DNA of 64,000 nt from the sequence record OZ346158.1; one strand, written 5' to 3'. Position 1 is the stretch's first letter. Every line of letters begins with the position of its first letter. Shown one piece after another: positions 19,317 through 28,361 of this stretch. The DNA comes from a phage. The translations under genes were made by a program, and so were the position numbers. A model generated the notes under the pieces. It searched no databases, was not told the origin of the DNA, and was given only the letters and a program-made list of their open reading frames with translations.

Positions 19317-19550
19317 ATGATGGAACAAATTAAACGCGCCGAGGCTATTAATGGCAACGTGATCTATTTTGTCAGCAAAAACGAAAAAGGCGTACCCTAT
19401 GCGGCGGTAATAGTACAGCCTGACGGCGATTATTGGTGTACTGTGTACGGCGCTTATTCTTTTGGGCGTCCAGTGCATGATAAAATTTTGAAAGTAGCGA
19501 ACCCTACCGGGAAAAATATCACAGCAGAAAAATTTTTTGAAAATAGTTGA
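19317..19550 (+). CDS. hypothetical protein
   Basis: SD aagagaggcaaa. Confidence 0.5.
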   Translation: MMEQIKRAEAINGNVIYFVSKNEKGVPYAAVIVQPDGDYWCTVYGAYSFGRPVHDKILKVANPTGKNITAEKFFENS

Positions 19551-19621
19551 CATGACCATATAAGACTGTAGTATATAAATCAAAGGGGCAAGCCCCACCA
19601 ACCACAAAGAGGATAAAAATC

Positions 19622-19801
19622 ATGGCTATTATTGCAAAGACTGAGATCGTAGGCTTGGATTCTATTCTCCTCGCATATGAGGAAGCTATAGAAATGTATG
19701 TGGTTTCCTATGGTGAGTATATCCGTGAATATAAATCTATTGATCTGGCTTTTGAATGTTATATTCGCCAGGTTAATAAAGCGTACGATGATTATCGTTA
19801 A
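19622..19801 (+). CDS. hypothetical small protein
   Basis: SD aaagaggataaaaat; downstream of promoter at about 19547. Confidence 0.45.
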   Translation: MAIIAKTEIVGLDSILLAYEEAIEMYVVSYGEYIREYKSIDLAFECYIRQVNKAYDDYR

Positions 19802-19891
19802 AATAGTTTGAAAACAAACAACCATCTTACAAAGCATAATACATAAGGCGGTGGAATGGTCCGCCACCTGGAACAAGAAGAGGAAAACAAA

Positions 19892-19996
19892 ATGAAACAG
19901 AAATTAATTGATGCGGTGATCCTGGTTATTGCCCTGGGTATTGGCCTGATTGCAACCATGGCTAATGTGATCTTGTCTTCCAACGGTATCGGGTGA
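19892..19996 (+). CDS. small single-TM protein (34 aa)
   Basis: SD aagaggaaaac; AVILVIALGIGLIATMA. Confidence 0.35.
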   Translation: MKQKLIDAVILVIALGIGLIATMANVILSSNGIG

Positions 19997-20311
19997 GGTT
20001 GGCAAATGATCACTAACAAAACAGGCAAGCGGAATTTTTACTCAACTTACAGATCGGCAAGCCTGAGATCTGGTATTGCACTAAAACACCACGTGACGAA
20101 ATGAAAGACTTCACCGCCACGCTGCAACGGGTAAAGATATCCATCACGCAGAAAAAGGCCTTGATAGTGGTGGAAGGTGAGATCCCTCAAACCGTTGTTA
20201 TAGTTGAGCGTACAGCATAGTTTAATTTATACCGATACCCGAAAATTAACCAACAAAGCATAAACAGGCGGTTACCGCCGCCTTAAACGTAGCAGAAAGA
20301 GGATAGACACA

Positions 20312-20596
20312 ATGAAAAAGATGATCGCAGTGGTTGCCCTGGTTGTTGGACTTAATGCGCCTGTAATGGCTAAAGAGCTGGCAAAAGAGGTTAATCTAAC
20401 GGATATTCATGCCGTCAATCGAATCGGGGTTACTTATCGCTTATGCCTTGCCGCTAAAACTTTTAAGGACGGCACGACAGAGTACTACGGATTCGAAGGT
20501 GTCCGGTGCGGTGAACTTGCTCGCGACCTTAAGGAAGATCCAGACCTGGAGGATCTGCCCATCACCGTAAACGGGAAAACTTACGTAAACCGTTAA
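20312..20596 (+). CDS. secreted/periplasmic small protein
   Basis: Signal peptide MKKMIAVVALVVGLNAPVMA. Confidence 0.55.
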   Translation: MKKMIAVVALVVGLNAPVMAKELAKEVNLTDIHAVNRIGVTYRLCLAAKTFKDGTTEYYGFEGVRCGELARDLKEDPDLEDLPITVNGKTYVNR

Positions 20597-20744
20597 CCAT
20601 GATAAAGATAATCATCACCTTGGCATCGTGGCGGGATCGCTGGCGCTCTTTCTCCTTATGGTTAGGTATGTGCTGATCGGTATTGTCCTGGTAGTCAGTG
20701 ATCTATTGGAAACGGTTGGCACCTTGTTTTAAAGAGCGGTAAAA

Positions 20745-20936
20745 ATGAATATCGAACAAGTTAGAAAGGTATTGGCGGTACTGCGTTATCATAATCATAG
20801 AAAGGTCATAGACGATCCTGATTATGTCGATTCAAGCCTGGAAGGGGATACACTACAAGCCATAAGTAACATGCAAGAATTGCTAAAGCGCATGACAGAG
20901 AAAAACCGACCGGACTACATAGGCGAAAAAATATAA
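20745..20936 (+). CDS. hypothetical protein
   Basis: ORF followed by terminator hairpin at about 20955. Confidence 0.5.
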   Translation: MNIEQVRKVLAVLRYHNHRKVIDDPDYVDSSLEGDTLQAISNMQELLKRMTEKNRPDYIGEKI

Positions 20937-21015
20937 TCCTTATAAACTACAAAACAGGGCTTGCAATGGTCCTGTTTTTTGTTATACTTGTTTCACGGCA
21001 GGCGCCTGGCGACGG

Positions 21016-21031
21016 GGGAGACAATCACCGG
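21016..21031 (-). repeat. inverted copy of 16-mer ccggtgattgtctccc (extended similarity 20996-21035)
   Basis: Exact reverse complement of 11879-11894; about 85 percent match to 12014-12048. Confidence 0.8.
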
Positions 21032-21063
21032 GTGTGCCTGCTATATAAAAACTATAAAAACCG

Positions 21064-21092
21064 TTGACATCTGCCAGGTGGTGGGGTAGCAT
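21064..21092 (+). promoter_or_regulatory. sigma70-like promoter TTGACA-N17-TAGCAT
   Basis: Read directly. Confidence 0.5.
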
Positions 21093-21147
21093 TTATCTCG
21101 AAGGGGGCAAAAGCGCCCACACAACAACCGGAAGAGAGGAAAACGCC

Positions 21148-21420
21148 ATGTTAAGCTGGATTAACCAAGAAGTTGAATCACGTTTCAATGCTATTTGGGA
21201 TCTCATCGAAAAAGAGGACGGAACATCAAGCCCTTATCTCAATAATCTTGAATTCCATTTCGTGGAAGCGATGAACGCAGAACATGATCACGAAGGTGGT
21301 GCGGATGAATTCGCTAAAGGATATGGCTTCAACAATGCCAACGAAATGATCGAGGCGGTTGTACTCCAGGCTGAGGAAGATTATCAATTAAAAACGCTTG
21401 AATTCTGCCGCCGTAAGTAA
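21148..21420 (+). CDS. hypothetical protein
   Basis: SD aagagaggaaaacg. Confidence 0.5.
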   Translation: MLSWINQEVESRFNAIWDLIEKEDGTSSPYLNNLEFHFVEAMNAEHDHEGGADEFAKGYGFNNANEMIEAVVLQAEEDYQLKTLEFCRRK

Positions 21421-21482
21421 TAAGATAATGACACGGGCCAAAAGGCCCACTAAACAAAAACCACATAAAGAGGAAAAACATC

Positions 21483-21746
21483 ATGAAACGTCTTGATCAG
21501 CTCAAATTAGTTCAATATATGGCTTATCGTGTTCTTGAAGTCCAGAAAGGTAGCAAAAAAGAGGTTTGCGAGAAAGCTTATAAGATCTTCACTCGCAAAA
21601 AAGATGATTGGATGTTACGCCAGACCAAAAAAGCCGATATCTTGGGGTACCTGGAAGAAGAGATCCGGCTTGAAGAGCAAGAAGAGATCCGCCGCAGTGA
21701 GGCAGATTATCAGGCAGCTTGGGAAAACTGGATGAATAACAAATAA
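21483..21746 (+). CDS. hypothetical protein
   Basis: SD aaagaggaaaaac. Confidence 0.5.
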   Translation: MKRLDQLKLVQYMAYRVLEVQKGSKKEVCEKAYKIFTRKKDDWMLRQTKKADILGYLEEEIRLEEQEEIRRSEADYQAAWENWMNNK

Positions 21747-21812
21747 TACAACAAGTTACATGGTCAGGGGCAATAAAGCCCCTTGATCACATAAAAATTA
21801 TGCCATCCTTGG

Positions 21813-21841
21813 TTGACAGGGATCGGCAGTTTTGCTATATT
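21813..21841 (+). promoter_or_regulatory. sigma70-like promoter TTGACA-N17-TATATT
   Basis: Read directly. Confidence 0.55.
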
Positions 21842-21890
21842 CTTTTTTGAAGGGAAGTTGTAAGAAAATTAACTAAGAGGTAAAAACACC

Positions 21891-22310
21891 ATGAACATTA
21901 AATCTAATAATCCGGCATATAGCTTTGATAACGCTTTTTGTCACGGTCCGGCGGCGAAAGGATTCGAAATCGATGGTAAACTAGTTATTGTCAATGTTGA
22001 CGGGGAAGAGGTTGCAGTATATCCGGTGGCAGACGTTAAAAGCCGTCTACAATGCCGCATCGATGTTACCGCCTACCAGCTTGATCCGGTCCGGGTAGTT
22101 GCCCTGGTCCTGGAAGAAGAAATTAAAGCAATGCACCACAGCAACAAGTTTATTGGTGACGCTCAAGATAATATGAAGGTGTGCCGCCATAAAGTTAATG
22201 AAGTGCTTAAAGAATATGGCTTTAAAGATCTGATGATCAAACGTGAGGAAAAATTCCGCTACCGTAACGACCTGGCAAATCGGATTTTTGAAATATACGA
22301 ATCATTATAA
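21891..22310 (+). CDS. hypothetical protein
   Basis: SD taagaggtaaaaac. Confidence 0.55.
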   Translation: MNIKSNNPAYSFDNAFCHGPAAKGFEIDGKLVIVNVDGEEVAVYPVADVKSRLQCRIDVTAYQLDPVRVVALVLEEEIKAMHHSNKFIGDAQDNMKVCRHKVNEVLKEYGFKDLMIKREEKFRYRNDLANRIFEIYESL

Positions 22311-22328
22311 TTTCTTAACTGAATTATC

Positions 22329-22356
22329 AAGGGGCTTAAAGGCCCCTTTCTTTTTG
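22329..22356 (+). terminator. intrinsic terminator closing the + strand block
   Basis: aaggggc-ttaaag-gcccctt followed by TCTTTTTG. Confidence 0.7.
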
Positions 22357-23123
22357 TCTGCTCTTCTCCTACCATAAACGGCCCTACCTGGCAAGTGGAA
22401 TAATTGACTAGCCATCAATCCCACATACTGTACAAATATACATGGAAAATAACTATTGCATAATTTTTCATTGTGTGGTAGCAAGTCCATTTTTACCCGT
22501 TTTCTCTCCCAAAAGTGCACGTAATGCCGCTATTGCACAAATTTTAACCTGATGCACATCTCCAATATCTTGTCAACAACTAAAAATCTTTATAAGTCAT
22601 ACACTTACACAGCATCGAAAGCGTGTTCTACGCGAAAAATCGAGTATAACTATAGCCGCCAGATCTCAGAATTCACGTACGCACGCCATTCTATAGCCTG
22701 CAAAGTATTTATTCCAACCACAGAATAACGGAATAGTCAATACCTGCATAAAATAATTATTCGTGTAAACTGCATAACATAAATCAGCTCAGGTGTCAAC
22801 ATTTTTCGTAAACAGTCCGAAATTATCACGATGAGTTATCATAAACAGAGAAATCTTTAGTCGTCTAATGTTTACTGTACATTACTATACTGACTGGAAT
22901 CATTAGATGACTAATACAATAGAACAAATTAATAATGTAATTATTTTACCTGTAACAATAAGGCAACTATGCAAACGAATGGCATGGCGCGACGGAGTCG
23001 CGACATAATATAAAAGCAGTAACCATCACCCCCGTGATAGTTTGTCTGCAAACTATTAATCAGATCATAGTTGCCTTGTATTTAGTTAATCATGACATAA
23101 CAAGCAAGGCAACTATAGATATA

Positions 23124-23381
23124 CTAAACCATAGCTTCAAAAGGAGTCATGAACGAATAAACGGCATCATCATCTGCTTCAGGGAATGCTCCCAAAGACT
23201 TCATATCTGAACCCTTGACAAATACAAGGTTTTGATCAAAGGCTTCTTGGGGGTCAATCCGATACATATTTCGTAGAATATCGCTTACCTCCTCATCAAG
23301 AGGTGAGTATGCTGTGCACGTTTTTCCGATCAAGCTTTGAGAATCAGGGTATCCACCTGAAGTTTTAAAATAAACAATCAT
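23124..23381 (-). CDS. hypothetical protein
   Basis: ORF at end of - strand block. Confidence 0.5.
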   Translation of the reverse strand: MIVYFKTSGGYPDSQSLIGKTCTAYSPLDEEVSDILRNMYRIDPQEAFDQNLVFVKGSDMKSLGAFPEADDDAVYSFMTPFEAMV

Positions 23382-23472
23382 ATAGTATCACCTCTGGTAA
23401 GAGATTGGGATTCCTTTCCCACAAATAATTACAAATCTTCCTTATCGAGGAAGTATGCTAATCCAAGCAGGA

Positions 23473-23742
23473 TTATTCCTCTACAATCTCATACACATCA
23501 GGAGTTACAATCAATTCTTCTCCGTTACCCGGTGCAACAAACACCACCAAACCTTCAGGTGTGTGCTTTTTAGCCATCTCGATAACATCTTCTCGCAGAG
23601 CTGGCTCCATCAGATCAAAACCTTCACCCAGGGCATCACGAACCACCTTCATATAGTCCACTGGTTGTGCTTCAACAATCATGCCTTCAACCAGTCCACA
23701 GTTTTTGTCTGCCAGCTCAGTTTTGAATAATTTAATTTTCAT
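23473..23742 (-). CDS. small protein, distant member of MKVK..EIVEE paralog family
   Basis: MKIKL N-terminus and EIVEE C-terminus shared with 25243/28892 genes. Confidence 0.5.
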   Translation of the reverse strand: MKIKLFKTELADKNCGLVEGMIVEAQPVDYMKVVRDALGEGFDLMEPALREDVIEMAKKHTPEGLVVFVAPGNGEELIVTPDVYEIVEE

Positions 23743-23879
23743 TTAGAGGTCTCCTCAATTATTTGATATTAATAGCCGTAACCTAACACATTAACTACAA
23801 CTGCGATTGCAAACATAATTTCAAAGCATGCAATCTCTACATTTGGGACTAATTTCTTAATCACACCCATTGTAGCACC

Positions 23880-24197
23880 TCATTTTCCAAAGTCAATCTT
23901 TACTTTGCCTTTCCCCTTACCTTTCTTTCCACCGCATTTAGCCAGCTGACGTGCTGCAACATCTACCATACGGTCAGTTGCCTCGTAAGCATCACTACCT
24001 TTAGCCTTGGCAATAACTTCTTTTCCAGAATTGTCAAAAATGAACGCCATAACTTCCTGGTGATCATTTTCAACTTTTACACTCACACGTGCATAGTTGG
24101 CAGAGGGGTGCAAACGCTCCAGTTTAGACATTTTGTTGGAAATGAAAGACACCATACCTTCAGTGATTTCTACGTTGCCAGTGATTTCAATTTGCAT
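23880..24197 (-). CDS. ribosome hibernation promoting factor / RaiA (S30AE family) homolog
   Basis: MQIEITGNVEITEGM...KLERL...VSVKVE and ...GSDAYEATDRMVDVAARQLAK closely parallel bacterial HPF (MQLNITGNNVEITEAL...KLARQL). Confidence 0.8.
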   Translation of the reverse strand: MQIEITGNVEITEGMVSFISNKMSKLERLHPSANYARVSVKVENDHQEVMAFIFDNSGKEVIAKAKGSDAYEATDRMVDVAARQLAKCGGKKGKGKGKVKIDFGK

Positions 24198-24279
24198 AAC
24201 GTGTTCCTTTTAAAGAAGAGGGAACCAAACCCTCTTTGAAAACAATGATACTAAATCTGAAGCGTTGTGTCAACAGTTT

Positions 24280-24570
24280 TTACAGATTGTTGTCGATAGT
24301 TTTTAAAATATCCACAGCAAGATCTGCCATTTTTCGAACATACTCTGCAAACTCAACAGGATCCTTGATCAAAGAATTCACAGGGTCGTACCCTAGAGCG
24401 TTCAAAATGGCTGCAGCATCTACAACCTTCTCATCATTTGCGAAGATCTCTCCATCAAACTTGTAGGTCCATTTTGAGTCAATCTTGGCAGGGAAGGATT
24501 GGTCAACGCTTGTTACACCATCCTTTTTAAACGCTCCGGTGTTATCAGTGTCCAGAACTAAATCCATCAT
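24280..24570 (-). CDS. hypothetical protein
   Basis: ORF. Confidence 0.5.
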   Translation of the reverse strand: MMDLVLDTDNTGAFKKDGVTSVDQSFPAKIDSKWTYKFDGEIFANDEKVVDAAAILNALGYDPVNSLIKDPVEFAEYVRKMADLAVDILKTIDNNL

Positions 24571-24587
24571 GTTAGTACCCCACTGTT

Positions 24588-24986
24588 TCAGTTTAGCTTT
24601 TCTTCAACAACCCCATAGCTCGGGACAGAGTCAAGAGCTTTCTGGTTTAAAAGTGGTGTAGCAGAATCTGCAAACGGTGTCCAAGTTTTTGTTCTGGCAT
24701 TCCAGTAATGCTTCACTCTGGAATCTGGATGCACTATAACAAAAACTTTTTCACTTGTCAACACATTAATTTCTTCTACACCCTTGCTGATAATTTCTCC
24801 GTCATAGCCCCCAGTCTGGTATCCTTCGTACCAGGTTCTTGCATAGGCATAGCCAGCTTGCCAGCATGCAGCCTCCTCCGAGGTGGAGACTACGTAGAAG
24901 TCTTTCTCAAATTCTGGAATACGCCCTTGCTTTATGCTCCAAGCTCCGCGAATTTTCATTGTAACTTTGAACAGTTTATTTTTCAC
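24588..24986 (-). CDS. hypothetical protein
   Basis: ORF. Confidence 0.5.
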   Translation of the reverse strand: MKNKLFKVTMKIRGAWSIKQGRIPEFEKDFYVVSTSEEAACWQAGYAYARTWYEGYQTGGYDGEIISKGVEEINVLTSEKVFVIVHPDSRVKHYWNARTKTWTPFADSATPLLNQKALDSVPSYGVVEEKLN

Positions 24987-24998
24987 AACGGTTACCCA

Positions 24999-25253
24999 TC
25001 ACAGCTCTACAATATTTGCATCTGACCCTACCCCAAAGGCATAATAGGACTCTTCCCCGAAATAATATTCAGGTGCACCAGCGGTGATCAGGTCTGCTCC
25101 TAAGATAAACACTACGTTGTGGCCTACATAACTGTGATGTTGCCGAACAGGATCATCCCACGGCAACCCTTCAAAGTATACCGCAGGAACGACCTTTCCC
25201 TTCAGGAAGGATTGTCCCAAGTAGACGTTAGAATCAAGAATTTTAACCTTCAT
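24999..25253 (-). CDS. small protein, MKVK-LD/LIAAGA paralog family
   Basis: MKVKILDSNVYLGQ...GADLITAGA. Confidence 0.55.
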   Translation of the reverse strand: MKVKILDSNVYLGQSFLKGKVVPAVYFEGLPWDDPVRQHHSYVGHNVVFILGADLITAGAPEYYFGEESYYAFGVGSDANIVEL

Positions 25254-25470
25254 GATTGTCCTCCACTATCTCTACATCCTCACCTAGGGCAAAGTTGTAG
25301 GTCCACTGACTGTCAAAGCATTCCTGAGATGCACCAGCGGCAATAAGATCTGCCCCTTTTATTTTTAAAAGGTCGGGGTAATCTTCGTTAGGGACAGCAG
25401 TAAACACTTTCCCCACTAAGGGCTCCTGACCAATATAGAAGCTCGAATCTAAAACTTTAACTTTCATCAA
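25243..25470 (-). CDS. small protein, MKVK-LD/LIAAGA paralog family
   Basis: MKVKVLDSSFYIGQ...GADLIAAGA...EIVED. Confidence 0.55.
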   Translation of the reverse strand: MMKVKVLDSSFYIGQEPLVGKVFTAVPNEDYPDLLKIKGADLIAAGASQECFDSQWTYNFALGEDVEIVEDNHEG

Positions 25471-25754
25471 CGGTCTCCATCAGGTGGTTGTGGGACGTAA
25501 ACACTGTTACGAATATCGTCCGCAGTATAGTAATAAGTGTCTCCAACCCTATCTCTGGCTGCAATGTACTCTGCTATACCAATAAGTGCCATTGATTTGG
25601 TGGCGTATCTTCCCCACTCGTTAGCTCCCCAGTAGAATTTAGACCAGTAAGGAATAAGACCGAACAAATATACCTTTTGACGAACTTCCCAGTAAGTGCC
25701 TTTTCCGACAAGTTTAAACTCGACTTCACTACTGTTAATCTTTTTCATTATCAA
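25467..25754 (-). CDS. hypothetical protein
   Basis: ORF, translationally coupled. Confidence 0.5.
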   Translation of the reverse strand: MIMKKINSSEVEFKLVGKGTYWEVRQKVYLFGLIPYWSKFYWGANEWGRYATKSMALIGIAEYIAARDRVGDTYYYTADDIRNSVYVPQPPDGDR

Positions 25755-26047
25755 TCTCCCTCTACCGTGGTAGGATTGTCAGTAAGAAATTGAGCATTGG
25801 CTGGAGGCACGCCTGACATTTTCCACACAACCATAAGTTTGTAACCAGGCACTCTATTAAGTGCAGATCGAGTAGAGTTTGTGCACGTATACTTTCGCTT
25901 TCCAAACCCGTTCTCCATCATAATCCAGTACCCAGTATCTTTGTCACCAGGTATCGGTAGACCACCTTCATCAACCCACTGAATGGACCACGGCACGATG
26001 GCTACAGCTTTATATTTAAACTTTTTAAACCACTCAAAAAGTTTCAT
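25751..26047 (-). CDS. hypothetical protein
   Basis: ORF. Confidence 0.5.
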   Translation of the reverse strand: MKLFEWFKKFKYKAVAIVPWSIQWVDEGGLPIPGDKDTGYWIMMENGFGKRKYTCTNSTRSALNRVPGYKLMVVWKMSGVPPANAQFLTDNPTTVEGD

Positions 26048-26142
26048 AATTCAGCCTCGCATAGACATAATCACTATAAACAGGCAAACAATGAATCCGA
26101 ATGCCACGCCACCCATAAACGTTAATATTGATGCAATCATAG

Positions 26143-26328
26143 TCAATCAGCCTCGCTTGGCAACTCTTCTACCTTAACATGCCGAAAAGTGTTACCGTAA
26201 TGGTTGATCCATGACATCAGCTCGCTTTCTTGCTCTTCCTCTGGGATGAACTCTCGAATGCTGACAAGTTTTAAGAAAACCCAATCACAATCTGCACCCA
26301 TTCTACCAGACAGGCAATAGTGCTTCAT
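26143..26328 (-). CDS. hypothetical protein
   Basis: ORF. Confidence 0.4.
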   Translation of the reverse strand: MKHYCLSGRMGADCDWVFLKLVSIREFIPEEEQESELMSWINHYGNTFRHVKVEELPSEAD

Positions 26329-26346
26329 AAAACCCTCCCGCCTGGT

Positions 26347-26541
26347 TTAGAATATTGCTTCTTCCATTGCGCCTGAGAGCAACAAAGAGGTGATCTGGCT
26401 AACATTCATCTCAGACTCTACTTCCTCCCCTTTGAAAGGTTCGCGGCAGAATAGGACTGTTTCAGGACTTTTACTTCGAACAATATAATACAAATCATTC
26501 AATGTGTTGTAGTAATAAGTGTTAAAACGTAAGTTTTTCAT
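26347..26541 (-). CDS. hypothetical protein
   Basis: ORF. Confidence 0.45.
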   Translation of the reverse strand: MKNLRFNTYYYNTLNDLYYIVRSKSPETVLFCREPFKGEEVESEMNVSQITSLLLSGAMEEAIF

Positions 26542-26825
26542 TTTCTAGTCCTCTTCTTAGATTTTTGGGGAGAAACGCTTTCTGCAATACGAGACAGACG
26601 TTCTTCTGAAGCCTTACCTACTCCAGGTTTTTTGAGTGGATTATCTTTATGACCACAATCCAACTGGATATTGGATACCTCTCCAACTTTGTAAGTCAAT
26701 TCTAGCAAAAGGTTGTCGTCCTTGTCAAATGTTTTTACGATAAATTTTTTATCGTTCTCCTGAACTTCATATCTGGTACCTGCAGTATACAGCATGGTGC
26801 CATCAGCATAGGATATCCAAATCAT
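26538..26825 (-). CDS. hypothetical protein
   Basis: ORF. Confidence 0.5.
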   Translation of the reverse strand: MIWISYADGTMLYTAGTRYEVQENDKKFIVKTFDKDDNLLLELTYKVGEVSNIQLDCGHKDNPLKKPGVGKASEERLSRIAESVSPQKSKKRTRK

Positions 26826-27169
26826 TGAGCCTCCTTTTGCTGCAACAGCATTAACTCTTTGTTAGAAATCTTTACTGCTGTTTTTATTGTTCCATCTTCA
26901 CGAAACCACGACCAGAACTCTACAGTGTCACCACTATCAAGTAAAGCATGCCCATGGTAAAAATCTTTGTCCTTAGACAGTTTCTCATCTATATCTGCAT
27001 CAACACATTCGTGATCCATAGCATTTTGCCTGAACGCATCGGTTATGCCAATGCACGCCTTGCTCTCAAGACTGGTATATCCGATATCTTTTAATTCAGT
27101 TTCCCAAGTCCAGTACCCTATAAAAGCTAAAACAGCTACCCACAGTAATAACGTTTTAATCTTTGGCAT
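26822..27169 (-). CDS. secreted or membrane-anchored protein
   Basis: N-terminal hydrophobic LLLWVAVLAFIGYWTW. Confidence 0.5.
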   Translation of the reverse strand: MPKIKTLLLWVAVLAFIGYWTWETELKDIGYTSLESKACIGITDAFRQNAMDHECVDADIDEKLSKDKDFYHGHALLDSGDTVEFWSWFREDGTIKTAVKISNKELMLLQQKEAQ

Positions 27170-27231
27170 TCTCTCTACCTCTTTCTTAGTTTATTTCACT
27201 ATGGCACATCCTTTGTGCCATATCTCAACTA

Positions 27232-27702
27232 CTACTTAAATAGTAGTTCAAAATAGTGCAAAATTAACAGAAGTTGAACTACACCTAGTGCAACGGCGAG
27301 TATGTTAATCTTAGAATCGAAAAACTTCTTAACTTTTACTCTAAAAGGTTCCTTAATGTCCTTTACGATCCTATCTATAGATGACCTCATATCTCTGATT
27401 ACCATCCTGAACATTAAAGACGGATGCTCCCCCATCTCTGTAACGGAATCGAAAACATACTCTCTTCGGTCATAAGGGCCGCCAGCTCTGCGTATTAACC
27501 TCTCCACAGAGACCTCGAACGTCACACCTGTAACGTAATCATCTATAACAAGTCGTGACGGGTCTTTACCTTTACTGTCAAGAGGTATCAAAGTTATCTT
27601 TCCAGATTTTGTTAAAATTTCCCCTTTTTCAAGCAAGGTGTACCAATGCTCTCTGCCAAGACTGTTGAGGCACGTTTTTACATATTTAACAAACATCGTC
27701 AC
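27232..27702 (-). CDS. C-terminally membrane-anchored protein
   Basis: C-terminal ILAVALGVVQLLLILHYF. Confidence 0.5.
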   Translation of the reverse strand: MTMFVKYVKTCLNSLGREHWYTLLEKGEILTKSGKITLIPLDSKGKDPSRLVIDDYVTGVTFEVSVERLIRRAGGPYDRREYVFDSVTEMGEHPSLMFRMVIRDMRSSIDRIVKDIKEPFRVKVKKFFDSKINILAVALGVVQLLLILHYFELLFK

Positions 27703-27902
27703 CCCTCATCACACGTCTGATATAACCACTCTATGAAATCTTGATACCATTCGCCCTCTGAGCGCTCCGTAGGCCAATAATCTTCACCCTCTCGTGCATT
27801 AAAATCTGAGTATTCAACTTTCCACTCCTTTACCAGCTCGTGGAGAAGGTTTTCAGCCTGTTCTAAAGATTTATTTTTTACCATTGCTGTCTCCTTTTTC
27901 AA
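27699..27902 (-). CDS. hypothetical protein
   Basis: ORF. Confidence 0.45.
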   Translation of the reverse strand: MKKETAMVKNKSLEQAENLLHELVKEWKVEYSDFNAREGEDYWPTERSEGEWYQDFIEWLYQTCDEG

Positions 27903-27967
27903 GATAGTTATACATCAGAACTGCACCACCTAAGATGGCTACCAGTAACAATATCCCAGATAGCATC

Positions 27968-28120
27968 TCAATAAACATGGCTTGAAACACTGGAAGGTCT
28001 CCCTAAATTAACGCACCATTTTAAATACATGCTCTTTTCCCATAAAGGTGCCTGGCTAAGATCTGCGTAGAACGCAATCTCTTTAAGAACAGTATAGATA
28101 GTTTTAGGTGCGGTCTCCAT
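27968..28120 (-). CDS. hypothetical small protein
   Basis: ORF; start uncertain. Confidence 0.3.
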   Translation of the reverse strand: METAPKTIYTVLKEIAFYADLSQAPLWEKSMYLKWCVNLGRPSSVSSHVY

Positions 28121-28331
28121 CCCTACTCTCCTTCCTGATATTCTTGTAGTAATCAACTAGGCACATTATTACGATGAAGATAACAACAGGCCAAAAAGGT
28201 GCAGCAGTGATGATGGTGATAAAATCATCAAACTTCACCCTTCGTCTGGACACGATGCATACACCTGTCAAGAATACCGCTGTTATAACGGACATTACCA
28301 GGTAACCTATTAGCACAACATTTATACTCAT
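28104..28331 (-). CDS. small membrane protein (2 TM)
   Basis: VVLIGYLVMSVITAVFLTGVCIV and AAPFWPVVIFIVIMCLV. Confidence 0.5.
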   Translation of the reverse strand: MSINVVLIGYLVMSVITAVFLTGVCIVSRRRVKFDDFITIITAAPFWPVVIFIVIMCLVDYYKNIRKESRDGDRT

Positions 28332-28361
28332 TGGTCCTCCCTTTGTAGGTTAAATTGTATA

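Noticed and set aside
22571-22600. Promoter TTGTCA-N15-TATAAG in the convergent gap
   Set aside because: Imperfect -35, short spacer and no downstream gene on either strand; left as part of the unexplained non-coding gap.
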